From positions 1 through 64,000 of the IMG/VR virus record IMGVR_UViG_3300042311_000920: a stretch of DNA of 64,000 nucleotides; one strand, 5' to 3'. How positions within the stretch are numbered: position 1 is the first letter of the stretch; every line of letters starts with the position of its first letter. Source of the DNA: a virus. Position numbers and translations under genes: made by a program. The notes beneath the pieces were generated by a model. That model worked only from the letters and a program-made list of their open reading frames with translations. It had not been told where the DNA came from and made no database searches. Below are positions 26,959 to 36,563 of this stretch, piece after piece.

Positions 26959-27714
26959 ATGGGAAATCTAATAAGCAACAGTCAAGAGCAAGTTACAAGT
27001 TTAGAACTTGTAAAGCAAATAAATCTTTTCAGAGTAAAAGAAGGTAATCGTTCAGAGTTAGAACATAAAAACCTTTTAGCTATAATTCGTGATGAATTTG
27101 ATGAAGAAATCTCACGGCTAAAAATTCAGCCGTCCTCTTATAAAAATTCTCGAAACAAAGAACAACCAATGTTCGTTTTAACAATTTCCCAAGCCAAACA
27201 AGTTTTGGTCCGGGAGAGTAAGTTTGTCAGAAAAGCAATTGTAAAGCATTTAGAATCGCTAGAGGAAAAATTAAATTCCACTCCAACACAACCACAACTA
27301 CCACAAAACTACATTGAAGCATTAAAAGCCTTAGTTGTTAGTGAAGAAGAAAAAGTTGTACTTCAAAAACAAATCAAAAACAACGAAGTCAAAATTCAAT
27401 TTATTGATCGTGTTACGCAATCCACCGATACAGTCGACATCGGGCAATATGCCAAAATTTTAGAACTCAACTTCGGGCGTAATACCTTATTCAAAGAATT
27501 ACGAGAGCGTGGCGTGTTTTTTAAGCAACGCAACGAACCAAAACAGAACTTCATCGACCGTGGTTATTTTAAACTCAAGGAAGAGTTTATTCAAACCAAA
27601 AATCACGGAACCAAGACAATCATCAAAGTATTAGTAACCCAAAGAGGACTAGGATATTTAAGCACTATTTTCGGTGTCGTTCCTGACCCTTCTAAACCCG
27701 CATTATTAGTATAA
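26959..27714 (+). CDS. Phage antirepressor (Rha-like N-terminus plus KilAC/ANT C-terminus)
   Basis: VTSLEL...EHKNLL at the N-terminus; AKILELNFGRNTLFKELRE...PKQNFIDRGYF...VTQRG at the C-terminus. Confidence 0.85.
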   Translation: MGNLISNSQEQVTSLELVKQINLFRVKEGNRSELEHKNLLAIIRDEFDEEISRLKIQPSSYKNSRNKEQPMFVLTISQAKQVLVRESKFVRKAIVKHLESLEEKLNSTPTQPQLPQNYIEALKALVVSEEEKVVLQKQIKNNEVKIQFIDRVTQSTDTVDIGQYAKILELNFGRNTLFKELRERGVFFKQRNEPKQNFIDRGYFKLKEEFIQTKNHGTKTIIKVLVTQRGLGYLSTIFGVVPDPSKPALLV

Positions 27715-27941
27715 TGGAAGAAAATAAAATAAAAGTCGTAGCGACAAAAAAAGCATGCGAATTACTCGAATGCAGCCGTCAAGATTTTCACAGAAAATAC
27801 CGCCCGAAATTAAAAGTACTGAAAGCCGAGAACGGATTCAATACTTTATATGAACTCCGACAAATTGAGGCCCTGGTCGAACAGAAACGTCTCAAGAAAG
27901 AAAATAGGCTGGAAAAAGGAACTTATGTAGAAGTTAAATAA
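27714..27941 (+). CDS. Small HTH/excisionase-like protein
   Basis: ATKKACELLECSRQ...YELRQIE. Confidence 0.55.
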   Translation: MEENKIKVVATKKACELLECSRQDFHRKYRPKLKVLKAENGFNTLYELRQIEALVEQKRLKKENRLEKGTYVEVK

Positions 27942-28101
27942 TGGAAGCCTATACTGTCCAAATCTGGTACCGATACGCTGGCGGAGACGAAAAAGATTTC
28001 TTTGAAACAGAAATTGAAGCCGAAACCATCGAAGAAGTAATTACTAAAGCAAAATCATTAAGAAACAATGTAACGAGAATTTACATCAAAAAGAAAAACC
28101 A

Positions 28102-29421
28102 ATGGCAAAAGATAAATTAATTACGTTAGACGATTTCAACGTAAACGCACTAGCCGAAATTCAAGGCAAAAAAGACCAACAACTTAAATTGGTAAAAGAA
28201 AATCCATTTGTCGAAATTACCGACAACGCAACATGGGAAGTTGCAAAAAAATCCAGAACCTTACTTCGTACCGGACGTACCGATCTTGAAAAAGAAAAAA
28301 AATCCGTTTTAAGTAAAATCAAAGAAGTCATTACGGAGCCGGTCAGTAAAACTTACGATTCCTTCATTGAAATCTCAAAGCCACACGAAGACAAGCAACA
28401 GGAAGAAGTTAAACGTTACGAGGACATCAAGGAAAACGAGCGTAAAGAACGAGAACGCATCGACAACGAACGTAAAGAAAAGCACCGAACAACAATCGAT
28501 GCTTTTTTTGTTTCTACAAAACAGCAAATTGAATCGTTGACTTTTGAAACAGCGAAAACCTTTGAGTTTAAAATTAAAGTTGACAGCGAAAACGTAACCG
28601 CAGAACATTTCGAAGAGTTCCAAGATTTATTTGAAGGTAAATTAGAAGTCTTGAAAATGCAATTGCACGAAAAGCGAACAATGCTTCAAGAGCGAGAAGA
28701 TATTCGTGTAGAGCAAGAAAAAATTGTTGCAGCGCAAGCGGAACAAGAACGTGTTGAAAATATTAAAAAATCAATTGATGTATTTTTTACTCGTTGGAGT
28801 AATGGAATATCGCAGTTGACTTTTGGAAATATATCTTCATTTGAAAAGAGTTTTAGATGTGAATACGCAGAAGATTTGCAAGAATTTCAACCGCTTTTTA
28901 CCGAAAAACGTGCCGAACTACAAAAACAAATTGAAGCAAAAGTTCAGTTTCTACAAGACCAAGAACAACTTCGAATCGACCGTGAAGCCGTAGCAAAGCA
29001 AAAACAAGAAAATCTTATCGCTTCCAGAACAAACGAACTGATTTCGTTAGGATTTGATAAAGACGGAACCTACGAGACACCTGTATTCAAAATGATTGTA
29101 TCAGAAGATGATTTGCTTTGCGAAGAATCAGAATGGATCAACTTTATTTCTGAAACTAAAGAACGTATCAGAATCGCAAATATCCCCGTTATCGAAGAAG
29201 AAGTTGTAGAAGTAGAAGTTCCTAGTACAGAACCTGAAACCGTTAGTACAGAAGTTGAAGTTGTTACTACAGAACCTACCGTTTCCGAAGTCGATTACGA
29301 AGGAAATATTCCAGAACCTACCAAAGAAGAACTTCAAGAATTACTCACAAAATGGATTGCGGAATCTTCTAAAAAGCAATTGCTACAGTTGTGCCGTGAT
29401 TTATTTTTAATCAAAGAGTAA
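28102..29421 (+). CDS. Coiled-coil hypothetical protein
   Basis: 439-aa E/K/Q-rich helical ORF in the recombination block. Confidence 0.7.
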   Translation: MAKDKLITLDDFNVNALAEIQGKKDQQLKLVKENPFVEITDNATWEVAKKSRTLLRTGRTDLEKEKKSVLSKIKEVITEPVSKTYDSFIEISKPHEDKQQEEVKRYEDIKENERKERERIDNERKEKHRTTIDAFFVSTKQQIESLTFETAKTFEFKIKVDSENVTAEHFEEFQDLFEGKLEVLKMQLHEKRTMLQEREDIRVEQEKIVAAQAEQERVENIKKSIDVFFTRWSNGISQLTFGNISSFEKSFRCEYAEDLQEFQPLFTEKRAELQKQIEAKVQFLQDQEQLRIDREAVAKQKQENLIASRTNELISLGFDKDGTYETPVFKMIVSEDDLLCEESEWINFISETKERIRIANIPVIEEEVVEVEVPSTEPETVSTEVEVVTTEPTVSEVDYEGNIPEPTKEELQELLTKWIAESSKKQLLQLCRDLFLIKE

Positions 29422-29423
29422 CC

Positions 29424-29699
29424 ATGGAACACATGCCAAGACTACACCCCGACGACCTCAAGGAACTCGGGGAAATGGTTTCAAATAACCTTTCAATCGT
29501 ATTTAACGAGCTACATTCCAAAAAAGAGACACTATCAAAAGCCTCTACTTTCAACGTACAAGAAGTGGCCAACATCGTAGGAAAGCACCCGACAACCATT
29601 CTACATCACATCAAGAACAATATTTTAAAAGCAACAAAACCAGGCAAAAGTTGGATTGTTTCCCAAAAAGCCTTAAACGACTACACCAATGGAAAATAA
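29424..29699 (+). CDS. Excisionase-family HTH protein
   Basis: FNVQEVANIVGKHPTTILHHIKNNILKATKPGKSWIV. Confidence 0.75.
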   Translation: MEHMPRLHPDDLKELGEMVSNNLSIVFNELHSKKETLSKASTFNVQEVANIVGKHPTTILHHIKNNILKATKPGKSWIVSQKALNDYTNGK

Positions 29700-29943
29700 A
29701 ATGTATTCCGCACCCGTAGAGCAAGAAATAATCGACCGCTTAGCAAGTATAGGATTCGATCAATTAGAAGACAGCATCGAGGACGAACTAGAAGATTTCT
29801 GCATCATCATCAATGCCGAAGAAAAGCTCTTTTGGATTTCAGACCAAACCAATCTTGAAATGACCGATGAAATTTGCCAAGAAAGATACGACCAATCAAT
29901 TTTACAAACCAATTTTAAAACCATATCATCATGGCTGAATTAA
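29689..29943 (+). CDS. Hypothetical acidic protein
   Basis: Coupled ORF. Confidence 0.5.
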   Translation: MENKMYSAPVEQEIIDRLASIGFDQLEDSIEDELEDFCIIINAEEKLFWISDQTNLEMTDEICQERYDQSILQTNFKTISSWLN

Positions 29944-30842
29944 GCACAATATCACAAGACCAAGAATTAGTTTCTCAGGAATTAAACAACCAAGTTTTAG
30001 CAGTGCTAAGCAACAAGGTAGAAGGGTTCCAAAAAGCATTTATAATGGCAAGCGCTATTCAAGTCCTAAAAGACAGACTGTCTCCTGAATTCATGAAGCC
30101 AATTATGGCTTTACAAGGTTCAAATCTTGGATTTAAAACTGACAAAGACAAATCTAGCGGTTATCCGGAAGTAGAAGTAAAAGCGTGTTTAATTGACGCA
30201 GTGCTTTTAGGGCTACAACCCACGGGAAACGAATTTAACATTATAGCGGGTAATATGTACCCTACTAGACAAGGTTTTGGGTCATTATTGAAAAAGATAA
30301 ATGGATTGAAATACTCAATTTCGTATTCAAATCCAATCTTCACTCAAGACAAGTCTTCTGCAACGTGCGTAACCACAATCAAATGGGAATTAAACGGAGA
30401 GAAAAACCAACAAGAAGTTGAGTTCGCGATTAAATCAAATGCCTACGCTACCGCTGATGCTATTTTAGGAAAAGCAGAAAGGAAAGCCAGAAGATGGCTT
30501 TTTAATACGGTTGAAGGAACTGATATTCCTGACGGTGACGTTACTGATATCCCACACACGGAAGTAAAATCAACCATTAACCCCGAAAGAATCGCCAAGG
30601 AAAAAGAACGTGAGCGTGTTATAAAACACATCACTAATTCCAAAAACGTTTCCGAACTAGAACGTTGTGTTTCGAAAATAGACAAAGACGACACTGAATT
30701 AGTAGAACAATACGTTACCAAGCACGTAGAACTTTCAACGTCCCTAGATGAACTTCAGAAATGCTTGTCATTAATTCCAGAAGACGATCACAACCTTACT
30801 ATTCTGTACGCTGATAAGAAACGAGAACTTGCAAAATCGTAA
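29931..30842 (+). CDS. Putative RecT/Redbeta-like single-strand annealing protein
   Basis: AVLLGLQP...EFNII...Y motif and position in the recombination module. Confidence 0.55.
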   Translation: MAELSTISQDQELVSQELNNQVLAVLSNKVEGFQKAFIMASAIQVLKDRLSPEFMKPIMALQGSNLGFKTDKDKSSGYPEVEVKACLIDAVLLGLQPTGNEFNIIAGNMYPTRQGFGSLLKKINGLKYSISYSNPIFTQDKSSATCVTTIKWELNGEKNQQEVEFAIKSNAYATADAILGKAERKARRWLFNTVEGTDIPDGDVTDIPHTEVKSTINPERIAKEKERERVIKHITNSKNVSELERCVSKIDKDDTELVEQYVTKHVELSTSLDELQKCLSLIPEDDHNLTILYADKKRELAKS

Positions 30843-30845
30843 TCA

Positions 30846-31289
30846 ATGAATTTCGCTTTAAAAACCTGCAAAGTTTCAGGAGCTCTATGGAAGCAATACA
30901 ATAGTCTTCAAAAATGTCCTTGCGTAATTTGCGTAAAAAGACGTGAAAAGCGACCAAATCTAAAACTGAAATCGCTATACAAACCTATCAATCGGGTAAG
31001 TAAAAAAAGGCAAGTTCAGGAACTGCAATACGCAGCCGACCGCATCATATTCCTAGCAAAACCCGAAAATAAAATTTGTCCAATAACAGGACAACCAACA
31101 ACAGAAATACACCACGTCCGTAAAAGACGTGGTTTTGCTGATGAATGGGCAAGGCTAAATAACATTCCATTACTTTTAGACCAACGTTATTGGCTTGCTG
31201 TTTCCAGAATTGGTCATCAAAAAATCGAAGAAAATCCAACGTGGGCGTACGAAAAAGGTTACTCCCAAAAAAACAACACAACATTATGA
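30846..31289 (+). CDS. HNH-like/Nin-region nuclease-fold protein
   Basis: CPITGQPTTEIHH...WLAVSRIGHQKIE. Confidence 0.55.
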   Translation: MNFALKTCKVSGALWKQYNSLQKCPCVICVKRREKRPNLKLKSLYKPINRVSKKRQVQELQYAADRIIFLAKPENKICPITGQPTTEIHHVRKRRGFADEWARLNNIPLLLDQRYWLAVSRIGHQKIEENPTWAYEKGYSQKNNTTL

Positions 31290-31446
31290 AAAACAATCTA
31301 TCATTTTTAGAGTTCAGTCGCTACTTATACGGCTACAACGTTTACAGTAAAAAAACAGAACAAGTAATCCCAAGGTATCAATTGTATTGGGCAGGCTACA
31401 CGATCGAGAGAATCAAACAGAATTTTAACCTTAAGCCAAGAGTAAA

Positions 31447-31626
31447 ATGACAACTTACGGACAAATAGTTGACGGTAAAAGAATAACACTAAATGACTTT
31501 GAAAAACAAGTTCGAGAAGGCGTTTCTGGCATCGTAACTAACCTAACATCAGCGGAAATAGCCAAACGTTACCGTAAAGGCGAATCCGTGGATAATGCAG
31601 TGAGTTATTTTATAATGCACAAGTAA
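31447..31626 (+). CDS. Small hypothetical protein (59 aa)
   Basis: MTTYGQIVDGKR...; its TAA is the TAAC at which array 2 begins. Confidence 0.5.
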   Translation: MTTYGQIVDGKRITLNDFEKQVREGVSGIVTNLTSAEIAKRYRKGESVDNAVSYFIMHK

Positions 31627-31704
31627 CGTCCTGTGGCTTTGTCTAGTGGCGTTGAATTAAGACTAGACACAACAAAAATACACTAATTATTAAATTTAAA
31701 AATT

Positions 31705-32025
31705 ATGATTTCAGATAACACCCAATCCAAGCCATTAAACAAAACGACTGTTAGCGGTTCGGTTACTGACAATATGACCTTTAAAGACGCTTTAAAGTCA
31801 TTAGGAATAGAAGATTATGCTGAACGGATTTTTAATAGTAATTCACACGGAGAATTATTTCATATTCAACAGTATTTTACTTTAGCAAAGGTTCTAAAAG
31901 GAAATTCAGAGTGGTTTAGAGAATGGTTTGAAAAAGTTGTGAAATGGGCAGAAGAAAATTGGGAACGACCAGAATCAATTTTCCAACACATTAGTCAAAT
32001 TTTAGTAGATAGTCGTTCTAACTGA
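31705..32025 (+). CDS. Cassette hypothetical protein
   Basis: ATG inside hairpin 31624-31753. Confidence 0.6.
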   Translation: MISDNTQSKPLNKTTVSGSVTDNMTFKDALKSLGIEDYAERIFNSNSHGELFHIQQYFTLAKVLKGNSEWFREWFEKVVKWAEENWERPESIFQHISQILVDSRSN

Positions 32026-32031
32026 CGGCTA

Positions 32032-32148
32032 ACTGATTTACCTGATTACAACGGGAAAAGAGCTTTTGGATTAGGTTCGGTAGACGAAATTTGGATTATA
32101 GATGATTTTGAATATTGTACGGAATATCCTGATTTACCGATGCGATAA
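32032..32148 (+). pseudogene. 3' remnant of a cassette gene
   Basis: Open frame TDLPDYNGKRAFGLGSVDEIWIIDDFEYCTEYPDLPMR* with no start codon and no hairpin. Confidence 0.5.
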
Positions 32149-32313
32149 CATTACCACTAACGTTTTGCAACTTGCATTAGTGCCTTGCAAACAAGCGAGT
32201 AGTTTCGGATTAAGACTAAACACAACAAAGAAAAACAAAATATAAATTAATAACCAAGCCAAAGGCATTGATGCAAATTGCTGTTATCACTTCGGCTTTT
32301 TATTCCAAAAAAT

Positions 32314-32556
32314 ATGACAACAGATGAAATGCTTATCGAAATTGTAAATTACAATTACAAATCCGCTGGTTTTCCTTATGTATTTTTAGACTACTCACAA
32401 TCTTTTAAATATTGGGCAATTACTTGGCGAAATCCAGTTGATTTTTCAAATGAAAAACAAACTAATGCACCAACTCCAAATGAGGCGTGTAAAAAAGCAC
32501 TCGAATTTATAAAAAGCAATCCGAGTATTTTTAGCCGTTCCAACCAAGCTGAGTGA
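32314..32556 (+). CDS. Cassette hypothetical protein
   Basis: Cassette ends GTTATCACTTCGGCTT / AAGCTGAGTGATAAC. Confidence 0.6.
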   Translation: MTTDEMLIEIVNYNYKSAGFPYVFLDYSQSFKYWAITWRNPVDFSNEKQTNAPTPNEACKKALEFIKSNPSIFSRSNQAE

Positions 32557-32717
32557 TAACGTTTCCACGCTTGGCGAAGGTGGCGATTTTAACCACAAAT
32601 ACTGATGCGTAGAACGAAATTTGAATATAGCAATAATTGTCAAGCGGAGTACTGCACCGCCACTTTTGCCAAACGTGTGTTATGCGTTCGGCTTTTTTGG
32701 AACTTAAAAATTTGATT

Positions 32718-33107
32718 ATGAAAGAAAGTATTATTAGATGTCCAATTTGCAGTAAGATTACAGCGTTGGAAAAAAATGGACGAACTCAAAAAATAGAGCA
32801 AGTTCACGGAATTTGTTGGGATAAAATTGGCTATTCGATTGGTGGGTGGGGAAGCCGAAGAGATTTTATTCACGGATTTTCTGGCGAAGTTTGTAATGAT
32901 TGTTTCACAGCTTTAAAAACAAAAATCAATGAATTTAAAGAAGTTGTTAACCAAAGAACAAACTCCTGCGAAGAAGGGGTATGTATTTACAAAACATCAA
33001 AAGACAAATCAACAGGGGATAACCTGTCTGACCTGCAACAAGACGAGTTACAATCCAAACGACATAAAACACCTTTATTGCGGTTGCTGTCATCGTTTTC
33101 ACGATAG
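32718..33107 (+). CDS. Cassette Cys-rich hypothetical protein
   Basis: CPIC...CNDC; cassette ends GTTATGCGTTCGGCTT / AAGCTGACGCATAAC. Confidence 0.55.
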   Translation: MKESIIRCPICSKITALEKNGRTQKIEQVHGICWDKIGYSIGGWGSRRDFIHGFSGEVCNDCFTALKTKINEFKEVVNQRTNSCEEGVCIYKTSKDKSTGDNLSDLQQDELQSKRHKTPLLRLLSSFSR

Positions 33108-33120
33108 CGTTGTAAGCTGA
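32929..33120 (+). CDS. Small zinc-finger-like protein overlapping the previous ORF
   Basis: ITCLTCNKTSYNPNDIKHLYCGCCHRFH. Confidence 0.5.
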   Translation: MNLKKLLTKEQTPAKKGYVFTKHQKTNQQGITCLTCNKTSYNPNDIKHLYCGCCHRFHDSVVS

Positions 33121-33187
33121 CGCATAACGTTTCGCGGCTACACGAGGTTTGGGACTAAATTAGCAATAATTTTTAAATTTAATACAA

Positions 33188-34021
33188 ATGATAGAGATAC
33201 AAAACCAACTTGAAATTAAGCCTGAAACGGCAATAGCACAAAACCGATGTTACCAGCAGTGTTTTTTGTCGGACAATTTGGATTTAATGAAAACAATAGA
33301 AAGCAATACCATTGATTTGATTTACTGCGATATTCTTTACGGAACTGGCAGAAACTTTAGCGACTACCAAGACTTAAAACCGATTAGAAGTGAAATTGAA
33401 GCACATTATTTACCACGATTAAAAGAAATGTATCGAATACTAAAACCAACAGGGAGTATTTATTTACAAATGGATACAAGAATAAACCATTGGATGCGAA
33501 TTTTAATGGATGATATTTTTGGCTATGATAGAATGTTGAATGAAATTGTAGTTTGTATTAGTAAAGGAAATCAAACAAACAAACACTTTGCAAAAAGGCA
33601 CGATATTTTACTTTATTACACAAAAACAAAAGAATGGATTTATAATTTAGATGCTGTTTCAAAAGAAAATCCTGAACATAAAAGGTATAAATACCAAGAT
33701 GAAAAAGGAATGTATAGATGGCATATTGAAAGCATCAAAGATTATAAAATGTATCTTAAAAAACAAAATATAAACGATGTTTGGAGTGATGTAGGAATTG
33801 TTCAAGGCAACTCAATAGAAAATACAGGTTATTCTACACAAAAACCAAAATCATTGATTGAACGAATTATAAAAGCAAGTAGTAACGAAGGAGATTTAGT
33901 TGCTGATTTCTATGCTGGAAGTTTTACAACAGCAGTGGTTTGTAAAGAACTAAATAGGAATTTTATCGGATGCGATATTAATCCTTTGGCTTTGGAGATT
34001 TCAAAACAACGATTGGCTTAA
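33188..34021 (+). CDS. Cassette beta-class DNA methyltransferase (DILY variant)
   Basis: IDLIYCDILY, YSTQKP and DFYAGSFTT motifs. Confidence 0.85.
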   Translation: MIEIQNQLEIKPETAIAQNRCYQQCFLSDNLDLMKTIESNTIDLIYCDILYGTGRNFSDYQDLKPIRSEIEAHYLPRLKEMYRILKPTGSIYLQMDTRINHWMRILMDDIFGYDRMLNEIVVCISKGNQTNKHFAKRHDILLYYTKTKEWIYNLDAVSKENPEHKRYKYQDEKGMYRWHIESIKDYKMYLKKQNINDVWSDVGIVQGNSIENTGYSTQKPKSLIERIIKASSNEGDLVADFYAGSFTTAVVCKELNRNFIGCDINPLALEISKQRLA

Positions 34022-34170
34022 CATTGCTGGTAACGTTTGTGGCTTTGCTTAGTGGCTGAAAAGCAAGCCTAAATTATTGAATTAAAAACAAATTTTACAA
34101 ACACAAAACAGTGTTGAAATTTTGCCCGAAACAGCCATTGAGCAAAACCACTGTTATAAACAGGCTTTTT

Positions 34171-34785
34171 ATGAAAATACTTAATTTATATTGTGGTATT
34201 GGTGGAAATAGAAAACTTTGGGGAAACGAACACGAAATAACTGCTGTTGAATTTGAACCAAAAATAGCTGAAAAATACAAAACTTTATTTCCAAATGATA
34301 CGGTAATAGTTGCAGATGCACATCAGTATTTACTTGACCATTATTCAGAGTTTGACTTTATATGGACTTCTCCACCTTGCCAAACACATAGCCGAGCAAA
34401 TTATTTTATAAATTATATTACTAATTCTCGTTACCCAAAAATGGAATTATGGCAAGAAATAATATTCTTAAAATCATTTTTTAAAGGCAAATTTTGTGTT
34501 GAAAATGTAGTTAGTTATTATGAATTTTTTATACCACCGACTGCTGAAATAGGAAGGCATTATTTATGGTCTAATTTTAAAATACCAAAAATACCATTGC
34601 CAAAAGATGAAGTAGGAACTATGATGAAAGAATATGTAGGCAAAAAAAATCACGCACATAGTAAGAAATTAGAAGATAGAAACGCTGTTAATTCAGATTT
34701 AGGACTTCATATTTTAAATTGCGCAACAGAAAGTTATAATCAAAATAATGTTGAACAGATAGGTTTGTTCAAAGCTTGTTTATAA
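34171..34785 (+). CDS. Cassette short C5-methyltransferase-like protein (paralog of 21817)
   Basis: LYCGIGG, SPPCQ, ENV and GRHYLW motifs. Confidence 0.8.
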   Translation: MKILNLYCGIGGNRKLWGNEHEITAVEFEPKIAEKYKTLFPNDTVIVADAHQYLLDHYSEFDFIWTSPPCQTHSRANYFINYITNSRYPKMELWQEIIFLKSFFKGKFCVENVVSYYEFFIPPTAEIGRHYLWSNFKIPKIPLPKDEVGTMMKEYVGKKNHAHSKKLEDRNAVNSDLGLHILNCATESYNQNNVEQIGLFKACL

Positions 34786-34806
34786 CTAATTTATAACCGC
34801 TATAAA
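34783..34806. other. Conserved array-terminal site (attI-like candidate)
   Basis: TAACTAATTTATAACCGCTATAAA. Confidence 0.6.
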
Positions 34807-34817
34807 TGTATTACAAA

Positions 34818-35003
34818 ATGACAAAAATACTAACAAAAACAAAGGTTATAAGAGTTTCATAAACGCAACACAAAACTTTGCAAAAAATGAAATCTTATAA
34901 CGTAGATGTAGGTAAATTCATCAGAGATGCAATAGCTGAAAAAATTAAAAAAGAGTATTCGGAATTAGTGCCAAAACCTAAAAAATCAGATTGTCCATTT
35001 TAA
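34818..35003 (+). pseudogene. Ribbon-helix-helix-like small gene with an internal TAA
   Basis: MTKILTKTKVIRVS*TQHKTLQKMKSYNVDVGKFIRDAIAEKI...CPF. Confidence 0.5.
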
Positions 35004-35015
35004 TAAAAACCACCC

Positions 35016-35249
35016 ATGGGAAGACTAGACCACGCTCGTCAAATAAAATTAGAGCCAGAAAGAATAAACTTCGCACTTCAACAAGTAAGAAGTCTCGGCT
35101 ATGTAATAACGCACCAAGACCGTACTAAAATAGAATTTGAATTCAACGGAGATACGGTACAATACTATCCATATTCAGGATGGCATTCAGGAAAAACAAT
35201 CACCGACGGTCGTGGTTGGAACAAACTCAAAAAACAAATTGAACCATGA
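35016..35249 (+). CDS. Hypothetical phage protein
   Basis: 77-aa ORF (YYPYSGWHSGK...DGRG). Confidence 0.6.
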   Translation: MGRLDHARQIKLEPERINFALQQVRSLGYVITHQDRTKIEFEFNGDTVQYYPYSGWHSGKTITDGRGWNKLKKQIEP

Positions 35250-36025
35250 ACGAAATTCAAAAATTTCAGCAAGAGGAAGTCAGGCAAGACTTACCCGCAC
35301 AGCAAGAAATCTGGAAAGATATCCCCGGCTACAGAAAATATTACCAGGCTAGTAATTTAGGAAGGATAAGAAGTTTACCTCGTATGATTAAAAATACTAG
35401 CAAAAGCAGTCACTTATCTAAGCTAAGAGTATTAAAAGCGCACCCATCAACAAAAGGATATCTCACTGTTGTTTTATGTAAAAATAGTAAAACTAAAAGT
35501 TTCGGGGTTCATAGGTTGGTCGCTTGTGCTTTTTTAGGACACAAGTTAAATCTAGGTTTCTCGGTTGTTGTCGATCATATAAATAACATAAATACAGATA
35601 ACAGACTAGAAAATCTTCAACTAGTATCAGTTAGAACCAACACAACGAAAGATAAACCTGTTAATTCTAGCGGATATCTTGGTGTTGTAAAACGGGAAAC
35701 CCGATACTACGCAGTTATTGTCATTGATGGAAAATCTAAAAAACTAGGCTCGTATAAAACTCCATTAGAAGCACATAAAATGTACTTAAAAGCCGTAAAT
35801 GCTTTAAAAAACAAAGAAGAAGTAGTTTTTCAAAAAAAAGTTTATACCTCTAAATACAAAGGAATTAGTTACGCTAAGCACGTAAATAAATGGGTCGCCT
35901 ATCATTACTACAAAAAATCCCAAACGTTGGTAGGTTATTTCGAACACGAAGAACAAGCGTATCAGGAATTATTAAAATATAAAAACAAAATATCGAAAAA
36001 GTATAACCCTAAAATTATTGAGTAA
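35246..36025 (+). CDS. NUMOD4-HNH-AP2 homing endonuclease
   Basis: EIWKDIPGY...YQASNLGRIRS, VHRLVA, VDHINNINTDNRLENLQ. Confidence 0.9.
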   Translation: MNEIQKFQQEEVRQDLPAQQEIWKDIPGYRKYYQASNLGRIRSLPRMIKNTSKSSHLSKLRVLKAHPSTKGYLTVVLCKNSKTKSFGVHRLVACAFLGHKLNLGFSVVVDHINNINTDNRLENLQLVSVRTNTTKDKPVNSSGYLGVVKRETRYYAVIVIDGKSKKLGSYKTPLEAHKMYLKAVNALKNKEEVVFQKKVYTSKYKGISYAKHVNKWVAYHYYKKSQTLVGYFEHEEQAYQELLKYKNKISKKYNPKIIE

Positions 36026-36561
36026 TGGAAGAAGAAATTTGGAAAGATATTCCTAATTACGAAGGTATATATCAAGTAAGTAATATGGGAAATGTTAAAA
36101 GCTTAAAAAGAGTGTTATTAAATCACGGTAAGCATCCATTTTTTAGCAAAGAAATGATATTAAAATCAGCCATCGATAGCACAGGTTATAAATCGGTAAG
36201 GCTATGTAAAGATTCAAAGCCAAAGTCTCTTAAAGTTCATCAACTTGTGGCAGTGACATTCTTAAATCACATTCCCGATGGATATAAAATAGTTGTTGAT
36301 CATATTAATACAAATAAGTTAGATAATCGTGTTGAAAATCTCCAATTAATAACTCATAGAGAAAACTGCTCAAAAGACCGAACAGGTTCTAGTAAATATA
36401 CTGGCGTATGTTTAGATAGAAACTGTGGTAAATGGCGTTCTTCTATAAGAATAAACGGAAAAATAAAAAATCTCGGACGATTTTCTAAAGAACAAGACGC
36501 GTCTTTAGCTTACCAAAATGCTTTAAAAAGTTTACTTCAAAATAATTTAAAACATCAATAA
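36025..36561 (+). CDS. NUMOD4-HNH-AP2 homing endonuclease
   Basis: EIWKDIPNYEGIYQVSNMG, VDHINTNKLDNRVENLQ, SSKYTGV. Confidence 0.9.
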   Translation: MEEEIWKDIPNYEGIYQVSNMGNVKSLKRVLLNHGKHPFFSKEMILKSAIDSTGYKSVRLCKDSKPKSLKVHQLVAVTFLNHIPDGYKIVVDHINTNKLDNRVENLQLITHRENCSKDRTGSSKYTGVCLDRNCGKWRSSIRINGKIKNLGRFSKEQDASLAYQNALKSLLQNNLKHQ

Positions 36562-36563
36562 CC

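Larger units (their letters stand above)
31624..34806 (+). mobile_element. Integron-like gene cassette array 2 (about 6 units)
   Basis: Hairpin sites at 31624-31753, 32158-32286, 32557-32682, 33125-33252 and 34031-34156; unit-specific GTT/AAC repeats; terminal 24-bp site. Confidence 0.85.

Noticed and set aside
12428-34806. Hairpins as intrinsic terminators
   Set aside because: They have no U-tract, their loops are large, and ORFs read through the arms
25146-34862. Stop-codon reassignment as seen in some crAss-like phages
   Set aside because: Only two isolated in-frame stops of different types; long genes are intact under the standard code
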